Positions 61,540 through 64,000 of a DNA stretch of 64,000 nucleotides are shown piece after piece. How positions within the stretch are numbered: position 1 is the stretch's first letter; every line of letters starts with the position of its first letter. The notes under the pieces are model-generated. The model saw only the letters and a list, made by a program, of their open reading frames with translations. It was not told where the DNA came from and did not search any database. Location: positions 208,847 to 272,846 of the forward strand of contig MNCI01001886.1 in the NCBI GenBank assembly GCA_015680685.1, read 5' to 3'. Origin of the DNA: Gnetum montanum (taxonomy: Eukaryota > Plantae > Gnetophyta). The translations under genes and the position numbers were made by a program.

Positions 61540-64000
61540 GGATTGCAAATTTGTTGATAGGAAGGGACTCCAAAATTTCATAAAAAAATAGATAGGTCAA
61601 ATTATATGTTTGAAGAGGCTTTATAAGGAAATCAACCAATTAATCTTGAGTAGACACATACTTGAATAAGATATTACCCTCCATTACTTCATGCTTGATG
61701 AAGCAGTTTTTAATGTTAACATGCTTTGACATTTTGTGAGGACTTTCTTCTTTGAGAGCTAAATTATTGATGTGTGACCATAAGCTTAATGGACAAAATG
61801 AATTTGAAGCCTACTTGAATGAAGAGCTTCTTGAGCCCTAAAATATGTTGTATGTAATATACCATTGTAATAAATTCAGCCTCACATGATGATAAGGCTC
61901 TATCATTCTACTTATTGCTACTCAAATATATGGGTTTTGGCCCCATGAAAGATTATTGAACCTAATGTAGACTTTCTTTATTGAATATATCCATCCCAAT
62001 AAGCATCATAAAGTGCATAGAAGTTTTCATCACATTTGAAAAATTTTATGGAAAAATCCATGGTCCCTTTACATGTGTCAAGAAATGATTAAGGGCATTC
62101 CTGTGGCTAAGTATAGGTTCTTTCATGGAACTTGAAAAATGGGATCTAAAAATTCAATATAAATCTTTGAATGATAAATAAACCTTCAGAATCTTATCAT
62201 GATTCTATAGATATAAGCATAAACCAATGAAGTTTTGTCTTTAAGTTGGAGTTTAAGGTTTGGAGGGAGTAGAGTGATGACTATTCTTGCATCTTTTAGG
62301 CCATATATTTTTATGATGTTTTGAGCATATCATTTTTTATGAATATTTAATGAATTATCATCTTTCTCCACATGGATTTTTTAGAAGTATGTTAGTACTC
62401 CTAGATCCTTCATCTCTTCATGTATTTCCTAAAGTTTGAAATTAATTTTTGAGAGCAAGGTAGAAAGATCAAGTTATCAACATATAGAGAAACTGAAATT
62501 ACATTAATTACTAAATTCTTGAAGTAGAGAGTAGGCTCAAACATACAAATTTAGTGTTCACTCTTAAGAATAAAATCATTGATTCAATGGAATCAAGCTC
62601 TTGGATCTTAATTAAGTACATAGAGATCCTTGTGTAGCTTGCATAATTTTTTTTCTCAGACTTGAGTTTGAAACTCTTTTAATTGGAGGATGTAGACTTC
62701 TTCTATCATATGATTGAAGAAGATTTAATTGAAATTCATTTGATACATTTTGACTTTGAGATGGGCTACTATGAAGATCATGGGCATGATCATTTTGAAT
62801 CTTGCAACAATGGTAAAGATTTCTTCATAGTTAATGTAATTCTTTTGATTAAATCTCCTTGATAACAGCCTTGAATTATGAGTAGAAATGTTTTAGTGTT
62901 TATAAAATTTTATTTTAAATACCTAGTTACTATCAATAAACTTATTACACTTTGGTTTGTCCACTAAGAATCATGTGTTATTCTACATGATTGATTCATA
63001 CTATTTTTACATTTTATTCATTTATTCTTTGATTTTTAGGACTTGATTCATACCTTATGATTCATTAATTAAGGTTGAACATGAAAAATTATATTTTTAT
63101 TTTATTATTATGCACCTTCTTTTGAAGTTACTATCTATAATTCATAATGAAAAATGGTCCTTCTCCATTCATGGTCTTGACTCACATGCCTCTTTTTTTT
63201 TCTTCTTGTCTTCTTGGTGGTTGTAGAAGGAGTCAAATGCTAAATTTTTTTGATAAAAAATTATACTCCTTGATATATGTTGCTTCTCAAGTAATTTAAA
63301 GAACTTGTAGTTACTTGTCCTAGAATCATATCTAAGAAAGGAACACTTCTACCCTCTACCAAGTAGCTTCCCTGCAAGAGTATTAAGGATCTTTACATAG
63401 CATATAGATTCAAAAACTTTGAGATGAGAGATATTTGACAACTTATTATACAATAGTTCATAGGAATTTTTCTCATATATGGATGACGTAGTGAGCCTAC
63501 TTAATATATAAGTGGAAATGTGGACTACCTCATTCTAATAGAAATTAGGGAGGAAGAAATGCTTCAACAAATATCTATAGATCTCTTGGATCATATAATT
63601 CTTCCTTTTAACCACTAAATTACTTTATGTTTCAGACCCATATTTTATTTCTTTTTAAGTCTCATAATTATTACAAAATTCATCAAAATTATTATTTATA
63701 AATTTACCTCCTTTATCAGTTCTTATGAATTTAATTTTTAAGTCAAGGATATTCTCCACCAATTTCCTAAGATTTTTAAAGACATTAAATACTTCATCTT
63801 TGGAATGGAGGATGTAGGTCCATGTGTACCTACAGAAATCATCAATAACCATTAATAAATATTTACCTTCTTCATGAAAAATGGTGATAATTGGATCCAT
63901 AACATTTATGAAGTTTCAATCCAAATATTTTCCCTCCTTTTACTTGTGTTGTGNGGACATGAATCACATACATTTTGAGATGCTTCTTAAAACTTGACTA
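61540..64000 (-). mobile_element. Degenerate Ty1/copia pol (INT-RT-RH), runs off window
   Basis: INT: VIDDFCRYTWTYIL..IKFIRTDKGGKF. RT: KLHKDLYVLN*DPRA*F, IYVDNL, MKDLG. RH: ALSSCEAEF, KHVNIK. INT lies upstream of RT, as in copia. Confidence 0.9.

Overview
AT-rich, strongly CpG-depleted land-plant heterochromatin made almost entirely of nested, decayed retroelements. I found no intact host gene. (1) A full-length ~18.2 kb Ty3/gypsy Tat-type (Ogre/Retand-like, RT-RH-aRH-INT) LTR retrotransposon lies at 3321-21522 with a perfect 5-bp TSD (TTACT). Its gag-protease and RT are separated by a ~7.6 kb apparent intron. That intron carries an antisense, multi-exon gene (>=7 exons, six short GT-AG introns, ~970 codons) encoding an FCP1/NIF-like HAD (pseudo)phosphatase domain, a plant-mobile-domain-like region and a probable coiled coil. 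(2) A second, related Tat element on the minus strand (~21.5-42.3 kb) retains the homologous 3' end of that antisense gene at the same spacing. (3) A near-genome-length, circularly permuted endogenous caulimovirid (MP, CP, PR, RT, RH, tRNA-Met PBS) sits between two ~4.4 kb direct duplicates. (4) There is a truncated nucleotide-sugar transporter pseudogene. (5) The rest is further Tat, chromovirus-like and Ty1/copia remnants. All translations and alignments were done by eye, so domain identities need HMM confirmation.
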